DNA of 64,000 nt from Candidatus Latescibacterota bacterium (lineage in GTDB: Bacteria > Latescibacterota > UBA2968 > UBA8231): assembly GCA_965197905.1 (NCBI GenBank), contig CBDAOB010000003.1, positions 768,001 through 832,000 of the forward strand, in the 5' to 3' direction. Below are positions 7,351-17,027 of the stretch, piece after piece. Below the pieces are notes generated by a model. That model was not told where the DNA came from and did not search any database. It saw nothing but the letters and a program-made list of their open reading frames with translations. Made by a program: the position numbers and the translations under genes. Each line of letters starts with the position of its first letter. The stretch's first letter is position 1.

Positions 7351-9639
7351 GTGGTCAACCTGAGTCAGTCCAGATCCCGTTCTCCTTCGAGGGCGGGTTT
7401 TTTAGCGCCCGCCCGATTTTGTGCCCCGGCTTTTCTTGCGCTCTTATCCACCTCCGCCTTCTGTGGTACGATCAGCGGCCGGGTCTCTGAGAGCAGTACC
7501 GATCTGCCCATCCGTGGCGCCGTGGTTCGCATTCAATCTTCATCCCCGCATATGCTCGGCGGCTCAGCTCTTAGCGATTCCACCGGAGCGTTCGCATTTC
7601 GTGGGCTTGAAACGGGCGACTGGATGCTGTCGGCGAAGATGGTCGGCTATCGGAGCTGGCGGCGCGCCATCTCGCTCAATCGGGAGCCGAGTGTGGTGGA
7701 AGTGCAGCTGGAAACCCAGCCGCTGCGCATGGAGCCTCTGGTCGTGTGGGCGCAGCGAGGCGAGGATCGTCATACCCCGGCCTACGTGGAAACCATACCA
7801 ATCGAGACCTTGCAGGCCCCCGGCGCCAATCTGGCGCAAGCCCTTGATGTTGCGACAAACGTCAATGTCCGGCGCTATGGCGGTCTCGGCAGTTTCAGTA
7901 CCGTCTCGATTCGCGGCTCCACCTCCGAACAGGTTCAGGTCTACCTGGATGGCGTGCTCCTCAATCAGGCGCTCGGCGGCGGCGTCAACCTGGGCAACCT
8001 GCCGCTCGCCGGAGTCGAAAGTGTGCAGATATACCGAGGCGCAACGCCCGCCCGGTTCGGCGGCAACAGCCTGGGCGGTGTCGTGCACTTGCGCACGAGT
8101 TCCTTGTCGCGATCCAAGAAGACCTATGTCCGCACGACGGCCGGTTCCTTCGGAACCCGTCACCTAGACGCGTCCGTTGCCGGCCCCTTGCAACGTTGGG
8201 AATACCTGGCATTGGCCAATCTCAGTACCAGCAAGAATGACTTTCGCTTTTGGGACGACAACGGCACCGCCTACAATTCGAACGACGACGGCTGGGCGCG
8301 CCGGGCCAACAGCGATTTTCAGTCGTTCCGTCTGCTCACGAAACTCGGCCGGCGTCTCGGTGAAAAACTCGTTCAGGTTCACAACACGCTGGATCTGAGC
8401 CATTCCGGGATTTCTGGAATTGGCGTTCATCAAGCCAAACACACCCGCTTGGACTCGTGGCGCAAGCTGTCGGAAGCCAACCTGCACGGCACTCTCGTCC
8501 GGGGGTTTGGCGGGTATGCGGTCAGGGCGTACCACTCCATCCAGACCAGCGAATACAAGGACCTCAAGAATGAGATCGGGGTCGGCACCCAGCATAACCG
8601 CAACACGACGACAAGCGTCGGCGTTCGCGGTGAGATCACTGGGATCATCCCGGGCCGGGGACTTTTCACCCTGTTTGGGTCCGGGTTGTACGAAAATTTC
8701 GAACCCGTGAATCTGATTCAGTCAACCCGGAAATCGATACGCAGCCGTCGCTACCGATCTTCATTGGGCGGCGAAATTGAATCGCTACCTCTGCTCCAGC
8801 GATTCACGTTGACGGCTGGCGCCCAGATCGAACGACTCGACAACCGTCTGCTGACCCACCAGGAGGTCGTGACCACCGCCCTGGAACGTGGCCGGCACGA
8901 CACAGAGACAGTTTGGGGATTTCGAATCGGAACGGGAATAGAGCTGGCCGAAGAGGTGCATCTCAAGGCACATCGGGGGCGGTATCAGCGTCCGCCCAAT
9001 TTCTTCGAGCTCTTTGGCGATCGCGGTTCCGTCGTGGGCAATCCGGACCTGGCGAGCGAGCGAGGCGAGAAATGGGACGTGGGTTTGGACGTTCGCAACG
9101 CTCTGGGGGGGGTCGTGCGACGCGGCGAGTTGGTGTATTACAGGAATTCCATCGAGAACCTGATCCGCTTCGTACAAAGCACGCAGCAGGTGTCTGAACC
9201 GCACAACATAGACGAGACTGCACTCAGCGGACTGGAAACGAGATTCAACATTCGCGTCGATTCCCGCTTGAGTCTGGGGGGAAATTATGTGTATCAGCGG
9301 GCCAGGAGCCGCGCTCCCTTTTCCTACGAAAGAGGAAATGACCTCCCGAACGCTCCACGTCATAGATTCGGCCTCGAATTGAGTGGCAGTTGGTCGGGAA
9401 ACGGTTTCCGCTACTCCTTCAACCGCGAAAGCAGAAGTTTTATCGACCGCGCCAATCTCAATCCAGTGCCGGCGCGTTCGGTGCACGGGATTGGTATCGA
9501 TTTCCCATTGATGGAGGGTACCAAGATAACCATGGAGGTGCGCAATCTCGGAAACAACCAGATTGCCGACGTGTGGGGATACCCTCTTCCGGGAAGGTCT
9601 TATTTCATCTCGGCGGCACTGGAACGCCCGTCAAACTGA
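7351..9639 (+). CDS. TonB-dependent receptor with N-terminal carboxypeptidase-regulatory-like domain
   Basis: GTISGRV..PIRGAVV N-domain; plug motifs SIRGSTSEQVQVYLDGV and VQIYRG; GNPDLASE; C-terminal GYPLPGRSYF. Start codon uncertain. Confidence 0.88.
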   Translation: MVNLSQSRSRSPSRAGFLAPARFCAPAFLALLSTSAFCGTISGRVSESSTDLPIRGAVVRIQSSSPHMLGGSALSDSTGAFAFRGLETGDWMLSAKMVGYRSWRRAISLNREPSVVEVQLETQPLRMEPLVVWAQRGEDRHTPAYVETIPIETLQAPGANLAQALDVATNVNVRRYGGLGSFSTVSIRGSTSEQVQVYLDGVLLNQALGGGVNLGNLPLAGVESVQIYRGATPARFGGNSLGGVVHLRTSSLSRSKKTYVRTTAGSFGTRHLDASVAGPLQRWEYLALANLSTSKNDFRFWDDNGTAYNSNDDGWARRANSDFQSFRLLTKLGRRLGEKLVQVHNTLDLSHSGISGIGVHQAKHTRLDSWRKLSEANLHGTLVRGFGGYAVRAYHSIQTSEYKDLKNEIGVGTQHNRNTTTSVGVRGEITGIIPGRGLFTLFGSGLYENFEPVNLIQSTRKSIRSRRYRSSLGGEIESLPLLQRFTLTAGAQIERLDNRLLTHQEVVTTALERGRHDTETVWGFRIGTGIELAEEVHLKAHRGRYQRPPNFFELFGDRGSVVGNPDLASERGEKWDVGLDVRNALGGVVRRGELVYYRNSIENLIRFVQSTQQVSEPHNIDETALSGLETRFNIRVDSRLSLGGNYVYQRARSRAPFSYERGNDLPNAPRHRFGLELSGSWSGNGFRYSFNRESRSFIDRANLNPVPARSVHGIGIDFPLMEGTKITMEVRNLGNNQIADVWGYPLPGRSYFISAALERPSN

Positions 9640-9677
9640 ATCATGGTTGTCGGTCGGACAACTGCCACGCCGAACCC

Positions 9678-12600
9678 TCATTTTACCAACAGCAAGCGGC
9701 TCGTTCTCACATCGCGACCGGTCGATAACTGATACATGTAGATACCCGTTGCCACCGCTCGTCCGGCGTCGTCGGTACCGTCCCAGGTTATAGAGTGGTG
9801 GCCGGACCTTTCCGCCGCGGCGACGATGTGTCGAATCCGTTGCCCCGTCACGTTGTAGATGGAGAATTCGACGGGACTCGCCTCGGGAAGATGGTAGTTT
9901 ATTACGGTTTGCGCGTTGAACGGATTCGGAAAGTTCGGGAAGAGCGTCAAGACCTCGGGTAGCGCTTGTCCATCGGCCGCTATCGACATAGGCAGCTCGG
10001 GATACGACACTTGCAGTTGCCGGTTTGCCTTCAGGTCGGTGCGGATGCTCTCGCGCCCATCCGGCCAGACGATGCGCAACGTGTCAACTCGAGTCCCGGC
10101 GCCCAAGCCGAAGTGAATCTCGAGAGGCGCCTGGCTGCCGTATCCGAATCCGGGATGCAGCTCTTTGTACTGTCGCCCTTCCTGCGTAACCAGTAAGATC
10201 TGGGCGCCCAGTGCGTCTCGATTACCGCCGATCCCGATGAGGTCCAGCTGCAGCCAGCGGCTCTCTTCCAACTCGCTGCGATACAAACGACTCGACACCG
10301 CGTCGGCAACCAGCAGATCTTGATCGCCATCTCCGTCGAAATCGGCAACGCTGAGGCCGCGCCCGGCCGATTCCTTCTCGAGGCCGGAAAAACCACCCAG
10401 CGATCTCCACCCGTCGGAACCGTTGTTGTACAACTGGTCTCCGCCGTTTGCAGAGCCCACTCCCGTAGTGATCAGATCGAGATCGCCGTCGTTGTCGGTA
10501 TCGACGAAAGCGGCGCCGGCACACGAGGTTCCCAGCTTCCCCGGTCTCTCCTCAGTGACCCAGTTGAAACCCGTTCCGTCCAGATTCTTGAACAGCCGAT
10601 TGTCTGACGTTTCCCCGGTGGTGAAAAGGTCGACAAATCCATCCCCGTCGTAGTCGCCGAAGACACCGGCCACGTCGTCGTTGGAAAACGGCACTCCCAA
10701 TTCCTCGCCGACCTCGGTAAACTGCCCGGTGTCATTCCGGTAGAGCCGGCTTGGACCGTTCCTGTTCGCCACCAGAACGTCAGCATCGCCATCGCGATCG
10801 AAGTCGCCGAAAGACAGACCGCGACCGTCTCCGGTATCGTTCAATCCCTTCTGTGCTGCCATATCGACAAAAGCTGTCCCGTCGTTGCGAAACAATCGAT
10901 TGGTATCCGGGCTGGCGTTTACCAGGAACAGATCCAGATCGCCATCGGCATCGGCATCCCAGAAACCGGCGCTGCGGCCGGAACCATCATCTCCCAATGA
11001 ACCGCCTTCACCGCCGACAAACTGCGTGGTTACGTCCGTGAACTGGGAATCTTCGTTGCGCAACAACCGATTGGCCTGGCCCTGGCGGACGAGATACAGA
11101 TCCAGATCGCCGTCGCCGTCGTAATCGCCCACGGCGAACCCGCGACCCACACCCTCGTCTGCAAGACCTACCTCTGCATCGACCAGACGAAATGCATCGC
11201 CGTCGTTGCGCAACAGCTGATCCTCATCTCCCTGTCGCACGAGCAGAAAATCGAGATCGTTGTCGCCGTCAAAGTCGAAGAATCCGGCGCCGTTACTGTT
11301 GTTCAGATCCGCTTCGATCTCCACCGTCGAATAGGTAACCGGCACCTCCACCAGTTCGAGGGGCCGCGGATCGAGAAAGGTCGCCAAACTCTCGAATGAC
11401 GTCGATATACCGAATTGCAGTTCATAATTCCCACCTGCTAGCCCTGAGACCGACGGAAATTCGATCTCTCTGTCGGTAAATGGCACCAGCGGCGGCTGCT
11501 GTTGTTGGTAAGAAGCTACCACTCGGCCGTCCCGCAAAATCCGGTATTCCACCGGGAAGGGCTGGGACTTTCCATTACCACCGTTGGATACCAGAAGTCG
11601 AGGAACTACATCGCTCGCGGCCGCCGCCGACTCGGGAGCCAACACCGATTTGATCTCCAGACGCGGTTTCACTTCAGCTTCCACATCTCCCATGAGGAAG
11701 GTGATCTGATCGCCGAGGAAGCGCTGTCGGCTTTCCGACAACGTCCGCGGAAGATCAAGACCGACGAATATGGTGCGAAAGCGACCGGCATCGAATCGCA
11801 CCGCGGCGACGCGCCCCAACGTGTCCTGCAAAATCGATTCCGTGCCGTCGTTAGGCCGGACAGAGGCGAAGTTTATGCTGCCGTCGGCCCGATCCCCTGT
11901 CACAGACTCGAACGCACCGAAACCTGCGCGGGTTAGCTGCGGTGCAATCCCCAGGATATTGCTTCGGAATTCGCCTCCAGTTGGAGAATACGCCATGTAC
12001 GGAGTCGCCAGGAGTATCCTCCCTCCCTGGTGTGCGAACTCCTCGACGAAGTTTTGTTCTAATTCGTTGATTCTCGGCATCAGCCATATCACGAATTTAC
12101 CCGCGCCGATGTAGTGCCGTAGGAGGAGGTCGTAGAGTGATTTATCGGATAGATCCGAACTCTTGTTCAACACGTTCGCTTCCAAACCCCTTTTTTCCAG
12201 GATCGAGCGGAGGTCGTCGACTAGCGGGGCACCCTTTTTTAGATGTTTGTCGATGATCAGAACGGGACTCCACCGGGTGAAGTTCACCGCTTCCACGGTC
12301 AGTAGTCGGGACCCCATGAGCCGGCGTCCGTTTTTGTCGCGCACGCGAGCCACGATCTTGTAGTTGCCGGGCGCCGGGGGATTGAACTTGATTTGGAACA
12401 GGCGGTGATCTTTGTCCTCGCTTCGTACTAGAGGAAGCACGAGCCCGCCCGGGGCACCGCCTCCTCGGCGAGAAAAGGCGGATCCACGCACCAGCAGCTC
12501 GACCGATTCCACTGCCGCCGTCGTCGTCACCTGTAGCAAGATTGAATCGCCGTGCAGGACGAGAGCCCCATCATTGCGAATGATTGTCCCTGGAATCTCC

Positions 12601-15600
12601 ATTTCCATCTCTTGACGGAGACTCTGATTCAGCAGTGGAATGGCATTCGCGACGATTTCGCCTATATCTGGCAAACGCGCCACGTCGAAGGCGAGGAACA
12701 CCGCCCGGTAGCCACCTGCATCCACGTGTACTCCTGCCGCATTGCCGGTCGTACTCAGGATCAGCGGGATAGCGTGTTCGTGGGGGACCAGCTTGCGATG
12801 GGTGATCCTTGCCCCCTGGCTCAAAAACGTTCCCGCGCTGTCGGAGAACACAGACTCGAGTTGCTTCTCTTCGTAGTTGCCGGCTGTTGTGTGCAGGTAG
12901 GTCTCGACGAATTCGGCAAAGCTGTGCGGAGAGCCGCCTTTCGAACCAAGGAACAATCGTCCGTGGCGATCGAGGAACTTCTGCAGAATTTCTGGCACGC
13001 CGTTCGCCCCGAACATCCCGAGCCAGAAGAGCGCCTTGTTTTCTCCGGCGTAGCTTAGAATCAACTCTTCGTACAGCCTTTTGTCCCTCTCGGGGTAATC
13101 GATGATGTCGGCGGAGGTATTGTTCTTGGACATCGCATGCACGATCTCCTCCCGCAAGAAAGACCGGATGCGTCCCGAAATCGATTGGTTGACGAAGACC
13201 AGGTTTGGTCGATCCATGAGCCGCAGAACCTGACGTCGGGCCGAGCTGGGCATACTGTTTCCCTGTTCATCAAAAATGCGTGCTGAATAGAGGAAGTGGC
13301 CCGATTCGGGGACCCGTACCGATCCCGTAAATCCGCCCCCTGCTTTTCGAGCCAATGGTACGGTCTCGACGAGGGCCATGGTCGGCAGCAGACGCACCTC
13401 AAGCTCGGAACGGACAACCTCTTCCGGTGCGTGGATATGAACCGTGGGTGCTTCGGACCCCTTCAGCAATACTGACTCCCCGACCAGTTCGTCCGTTTCA
13501 AACTCCAGCGCGACGTCTGATATATTCTCGGAGGTTAGATACGCCAACCCCGATTCGAGGAGGGAACGGGTTATGTAGGCGTCTAGCGGACCGAGATCGA
13601 AAGGGAAATAGATCATGCGGAAGGTGCCCGTGTCGACCCGCATTGCCGCGGCGTTGGAGGTGGCGTCATACAGCATCGGTTCAGCGGGATCTAAGAGCAT
13701 CAGGGACGAGTAGCTCGAGTTGAACGGATCCGATGACTGCAGGTCCAGCCCGGTAATCATGCTCGTCCTTCGAGACGATTGCTGCTGAATGTGCAACACC
13801 TCCCTCCCGAATGTTCCCCATGACCGTTGCCTGGAGGAGATCATCATCCGGCCCCCTTGCTCGAGGAATGAACGCATATGGATTCGTGCCTCCCGGCTGA
13901 TCTTCTCACCCATCCATAGCACCGTTCCACCGGTGCGAGCGAACGCGGGCAACAGAACCTCGTAAAGCTCGCCTTCCTCTGGTGCACCATCGATCATGTA
14001 GTGAGACTGACCCCGGGCGGTCATAACCTGGTCGAGGATTTCGACCAGGTTAGCACGGCTCTCTTCGTCTATCTCCTTGCTCACGAAGGTCAGTACTTCC
14101 GCCTCGCCAGATGTCCTCCCTAAGAGGAGCGTCGAGTCGGCGAAAGTTGCGTACCCATTCTGACCGTAGACCCGGACGAAAATTTCGTAGAAACCCTCGT
14201 ACTCGGGAGGAATCGAAGCTTCAAAAATATGGGCATCGCCTTGCATACCGAGCTTCTCCATCGATACGGTCAACACGTGATCGTGTTCTTGGAGGGTACG
14301 TATCATCAGATCCGCCTGGGAGATCTCGCCCTGCACCAAGGCTCGCACAGGAGTCGCAACTCCGCGTGGCACAACTGCTGCGCGGCCGAGGATTTCGTGG
14401 CCGGGGACTTCGAAGTCGACATCGTTTTCCGGGTATTCGCCCTCGACGACGAGCTTCAGGGTGTCCCGTTTTATCTGCGCGAACGCTGCGTTGTAGCTCG
14501 CGTAGATCTGGCGCCCGTATTCCACCACGATCTCGATCTCGGTGCCTGGCTCCGCTTCCCGGCTCACTCTCAGCGGGATAACCTCGACGTGGCTCTTACC
14601 GGGATCCAGATCGAACGATTCTTCGACCCTCAGCGTTTTGGATCGCGGCGTCCAGTTTCCGCGCTCCCATGCGGGCTCGATGAATTCCGAGTCCCAGCGT
14701 AAGGTGGGTCGCAGACGCTTGAAGTTCCGTAGGGTCCAATTGTCAAGGGTCAATTCCAGCTGGATGGTCTCTCCAGGATTGAGGCGCCCGTCGCCATTTC
14801 CCGCCGTATCAAAGGTCGGGGTGTCCACCAGGTCGAGATTGAAGTCCAGCATCAGTTCCAACAAACCGGAGGGAGCGCGCTGAAACACGAAACCGTGGAG
14901 AACCCCGTCGAGCACGATATTCGACGATGAAACCTCGATGCGGCTCGAGTCCGCCGGATCGATGAGGATTCCGTACCAGCTGTCTCCCAGCTGCATCGAT
15001 TTGAAGAAAACATCCGACTTTGAATGGTCACCGACGATCAGGTCGCCGTTGATCTCCAGCTCCGACAGGTTGGGATCCACTCCACCGCGCATCCGGTCGC
15101 TTCCCGACATGCGTACATTCGTCTCCCCGTGGATGTGCAGCTCGCCGTCGACCGCTACGCGCACATCTCCGTCGACTACGACATCGCCCGCCCAATCCAC
15201 CCGTTCATTGATGATGCCTGCCCAGCGGGGTTGGGTTACGTCGACGATCATGGTTGTGCCCCTGCGATTCATATCGAGGCTCAGACCTGTTGTGGCCGCC
15301 GAGGAGTGCCCCCACGGGTTGTTCGAAGGGTTGGAAAACTGATCCAATCGCTTCGCCTTCACGCCGTCGAAAGGGTCGGTGGCGTCGCCGAAGTTACCCC
15401 CGTTCAGCTGTGAATACGCGGTGTCATGGGCCCAATAATCGAGATTGTCGCGACCGAAACGACCATCCGGAAGGCGGCCTTTTGGGAATCCTGAATCGGC
15501 GTACAGACCGTCGGCACAGACCAGGTCCAAGGTCTTGGCGGTTTCGTCAGCGTTTCCCCACAATTGAGGTCGGACGTGCCAGACCAAGAGGCCTTCTCCG

Positions 15601-16709
15601 GGGATGTTCCGTCGGTAGAACGAACTCGACCGGGTCACTTGCTCGAGCAGGAGATACTCCTGGGTGGCGGAGCGGTCGCCCCTGGCAACCATACGCAGCG
15701 GAATCTTAAAGATGCTACCTCCGGAAAGGCGATCGGACACCTCCAGGCCGGTCGCATCCGTTTCAACCTCAATCAGCTGCTGATTGTCCACCCCGATCCA
15801 GCCGAGGAGCTCCAGACTGCGGGCGCTGAAGGGCGCGGGCCCGTCTTGACCGGTCCATCCGTGGGCACCCCATCCCATCAATCCCCAACGGCCGATGCCG
15901 GCGCTGTCCTCTTCAGGTGTGCCAAAAGCCCGGTCGTATAAGTCGGGGAGTCCCAGCCGGTGTCCGAACTCGTGGGCCATGGAACCAACCGTCTGGGCGT
16001 AGTTCCCCTCCTGCTGCAAGGCCCCATGCCTGATGGATCCGGCGATGGCGACCGTGCCGCCCTTGGCGGCAGCGTCATCGCTGTCGAGCATGAGCGAACC
16101 GAGGTTCGCAATGCCCGTGGCGCCTCCCGTAATGAATCCGCGAGGGGTGGACAGGGTGTTGACGAAGATGTAGTCGACGAACCCATCATCGTCACCGGAG
16201 TTCGGAACGCCATCCTCGCCGTCGTTGTCGAATTGCGACATGTCGACGTCCCGGTCGACCTGGGCCAAAATCTCGGCCAGGAATTCGTCATATTTGCCGT
16301 ATCGCGACGGGTCGTGCACCACGTATGCCGAAGCAGGGCGATCGGAGCTGTACCGTTTGGGCAGCACGCTACCATTGACCGTGAGCCGCGCACCGGACAT
16401 CTCGCTGAAAAAGTGAGAAAAGCTTCCTGGAAGATTCTCGTCGAAAAGCTTGCTGGCGAAGGGCGGCGCCGTCTGAATCTGTGGCGCCTCATTCTTGAAT
16501 TTCGCGTAGACGACGAGGACATTGACAGTTCCCGTCGTGTGTGACAAGGTCATCTTCGCCACCGCGCCGGCAGGTAGCGGCGGAGACTCGTATCCCGAAC
16601 AGACGAATTCTTGCGCGGCAAGCGGTACGGACGTACTGAGGCCCAGGAGGAGGGGGAGAATCCTTGGGGTGCATTTAAGATGCTCCAGTTTCCGTAAAGT
16701 ACCCAACAT
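9678..16709 (-). CDS. Giant secreted multidomain protein: M6 (immune inhibitor A-like) metallopeptidase, three internal ~300-aa repeats, CARDB-like domain, FG-GAP/CRTAC1 repeats, ASPIC/UnbV, FlgD-Ig C-terminal domain
   Basis: HEFGHRLGLPDLYD (HEFGH at 15960-15974), WGLMGWG Met-turn, many D(F/Y)DGDGDLD repeats, HPGFGYGSQ..IHFGLG, C-terminal NFPNPFN...WDGTDDAGRAVATGIY. ATG 16709 has a GGAG RBS. Confidence 0.88.
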   Translation of the reverse strand: MLGTLRKLEHLKCTPRILPLLLGLSTSVPLAAQEFVCSGYESPPLPAGAVAKMTLSHTTGTVNVLVVYAKFKNEAPQIQTAPPFASKLFDENLPGSFSHFFSEMSGARLTVNGSVLPKRYSSDRPASAYVVHDPSRYGKYDEFLAEILAQVDRDVDMSQFDNDGEDGVPNSGDDDGFVDYIFVNTLSTPRGFITGGATGIANLGSLMLDSDDAAAKGGTVAIAGSIRHGALQQEGNYAQTVGSMAHEFGHRLGLPDLYDRAFGTPEEDSAGIGRWGLMGWGAHGWTGQDGPAPFSARSLELLGWIGVDNQQLIEVETDATGLEVSDRLSGGSIFKIPLRMVARGDRSATQEYLLLEQVTRSSSFYRRNIPGEGLLVWHVRPQLWGNADETAKTLDLVCADGLYADSGFPKGRLPDGRFGRDNLDYWAHDTAYSQLNGGNFGDATDPFDGVKAKRLDQFSNPSNNPWGHSSAATTGLSLDMNRRGTTMIVDVTQPRWAGIINERVDWAGDVVVDGDVRVAVDGELHIHGETNVRMSGSDRMRGGVDPNLSELEINGDLIVGDHSKSDVFFKSMQLGDSWYGILIDPADSSRIEVSSSNIVLDGVLHGFVFQRAPSGLLELMLDFNLDLVDTPTFDTAGNGDGRLNPGETIQLELTLDNWTLRNFKRLRPTLRWDSEFIEPAWERGNWTPRSKTLRVEESFDLDPGKSHVEVIPLRVSREAEPGTEIEIVVEYGRQIYASYNAAFAQIKRDTLKLVVEGEYPENDVDFEVPGHEILGRAAVVPRGVATPVRALVQGEISQADLMIRTLQEHDHVLTVSMEKLGMQGDAHIFEASIPPEYEGFYEIFVRVYGQNGYATFADSTLLLGRTSGEAEVLTFVSKEIDEESRANLVEILDQVMTARGQSHYMIDGAPEEGELYEVLLPAFARTGGTVLWMGEKISREARIHMRSFLEQGGRMMISSRQRSWGTFGREVLHIQQQSSRRTSMITGLDLQSSDPFNSSYSSLMLLDPAEPMLYDATSNAAAMRVDTGTFRMIYFPFDLGPLDAYITRSLLESGLAYLTSENISDVALEFETDELVGESVLLKGSEAPTVHIHAPEEVVRSELEVRLLPTMALVETVPLARKAGGGFTGSVRVPESGHFLYSARIFDEQGNSMPSSARRQVLRLMDRPNLVFVNQSISGRIRSFLREEIVHAMSKNNTSADIIDYPERDKRLYEELILSYAGENKALFWLGMFGANGVPEILQKFLDRHGRLFLGSKGGSPHSFAEFVETYLHTTAGNYEEKQLESVFSDSAGTFLSQGARITHRKLVPHEHAIPLILSTTGNAAGVHVDAGGYRAVFLAFDVARLPDIGEIVANAIPLLNQSLRQEMEMEIPGTIIRNDGALVLHGDSILLQVTTTAAVESVELLVRGSAFSRRGGGAPGGLVLPLVRSEDKDHRLFQIKFNPPAPGNYKIVARVRDKNGRRLMGSRLLTVEAVNFTRWSPVLIIDKHLKKGAPLVDDLRSILEKRGLEANVLNKSSDLSDKSLYDLLLRHYIGAGKFVIWLMPRINELEQNFVEEFAHQGGRILLATPYMAYSPTGGEFRSNILGIAPQLTRAGFGAFESVTGDRADGSINFASVRPNDGTESILQDTLGRVAAVRFDAGRFRTIFVGLDLPRTLSESRQRFLGDQITFLMGDVEAEVKPRLEIKSVLAPESAAAASDVVPRLLVSNGGNGKSQPFPVEYRILRDGRVVASYQQQQPPLVPFTDREIEFPSVSGLAGGNYELQFGISTSFESLATFLDPRPLELVEVPVTYSTVEIEADLNNSNGAGFFDFDGDNDLDFLLVRQGDEDQLLRNDGDAFRLVDAEVGLADEGVGRGFAVGDYDGDGDLDLYLVRQGQANRLLRNEDSQFTDVTTQFVGGEGGSLGDDGSGRSAGFWDADADGDLDLFLVNASPDTNRLFRNDGTAFVDMAAQKGLNDTGDGRGLSFGDFDRDGDADVLVANRNGPSRLYRNDTGQFTEVGEELGVPFSNDDVAGVFGDYDGDGFVDLFTTGETSDNRLFKNLDGTGFNWVTEERPGKLGTSCAGAAFVDTDNDGDLDLITTGVGSANGGDQLYNNGSDGWRSLGGFSGLEKESAGRGLSVADFDGDGDQDLLVADAVSSRLYRSELEESRWLQLDLIGIGGNRDALGAQILLVTQEGRQYKELHPGFGYGSQAPLEIHFGLGAGTRVDTLRIVWPDGRESIRTDLKANRQLQVSYPELPMSIAADGQALPEVLTLFPNFPNPFNAQTVINYHLPEASPVEFSIYNVTGQRIRHIVAAAERSGHHSITWDGTDDAGRAVATGIYMYQLSTGRDVRTSRLLLVK

Positions 16710-16838
16710 TTTGTACTCCGTCTGTTTGCGGAACACAGTGTCTTGGGGAGACCTGAGGTTCAACGGTCGCTCATCCACAACGCGGATGGCGGTGGGACAG
16801 GAGAAAAGAGTCGTGGGGGAAGTTCGAGTATATCCAAT

Positions 16839-16854
16839 TGCAACTTGTGTGCCA
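16839..16854 (-). promoter_or_regulatory. sigma54 (-24/-12) promoter of the giant protease gene
   Basis: Minus strand reads TGGCAC-ACAAG-TTGCA, an exact match to TGGCAC-N5-TTGCW, 130 bp upstream of ATG 16709. Confidence 0.75.
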
Positions 16855-16884
16855 AACCCTTTATGATTCTTATATCTTGTTTAA

Positions 16885-16897
16885 TATCAATATCTTA
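16885..16897. promoter_or_regulatory. IHF-binding site
   Basis: TATCAATATCTTA matches WATCAA-N4-TTR, in an AT-rich tract 30-45 bp upstream of the -24 element. Confidence 0.6.
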
Positions 16898-16943
16898 TGT
16901 GGATCTCATCGTCCCAATAACCACATGATACCATATATTTTTA

Positions 16944-16966
16944 CGCAATTAGCATTTTAAGACTTG
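16944..16966 (+). repeat. Left terminal inverted repeat of IS
   Basis: Exact reverse complement of 19122-19144. Confidence 0.95.
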
Positions 16967-16992
16967 ACATTCGCCCTCTTATTGGTTATCTT
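16964..16992 (+). promoter_or_regulatory. sigma70-type promoter of the transposase
   Basis: TTGACA-17 bp-TATCTT, overlapping the left IR. Confidence 0.6.
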
Positions 16993-17027
16993 AAATATAA
17001 GAAAAACAAGCAATACGGGAGCGAAGA

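Noticed and set aside
10270..11300. Repeated GTCGCCGTC-like motifs as a CRISPR or DNA repeat array
   Set aside because: They encode FG-GAP DxDGDGD protein repeats. There is no constant repeat-spacer period and no cas genes.
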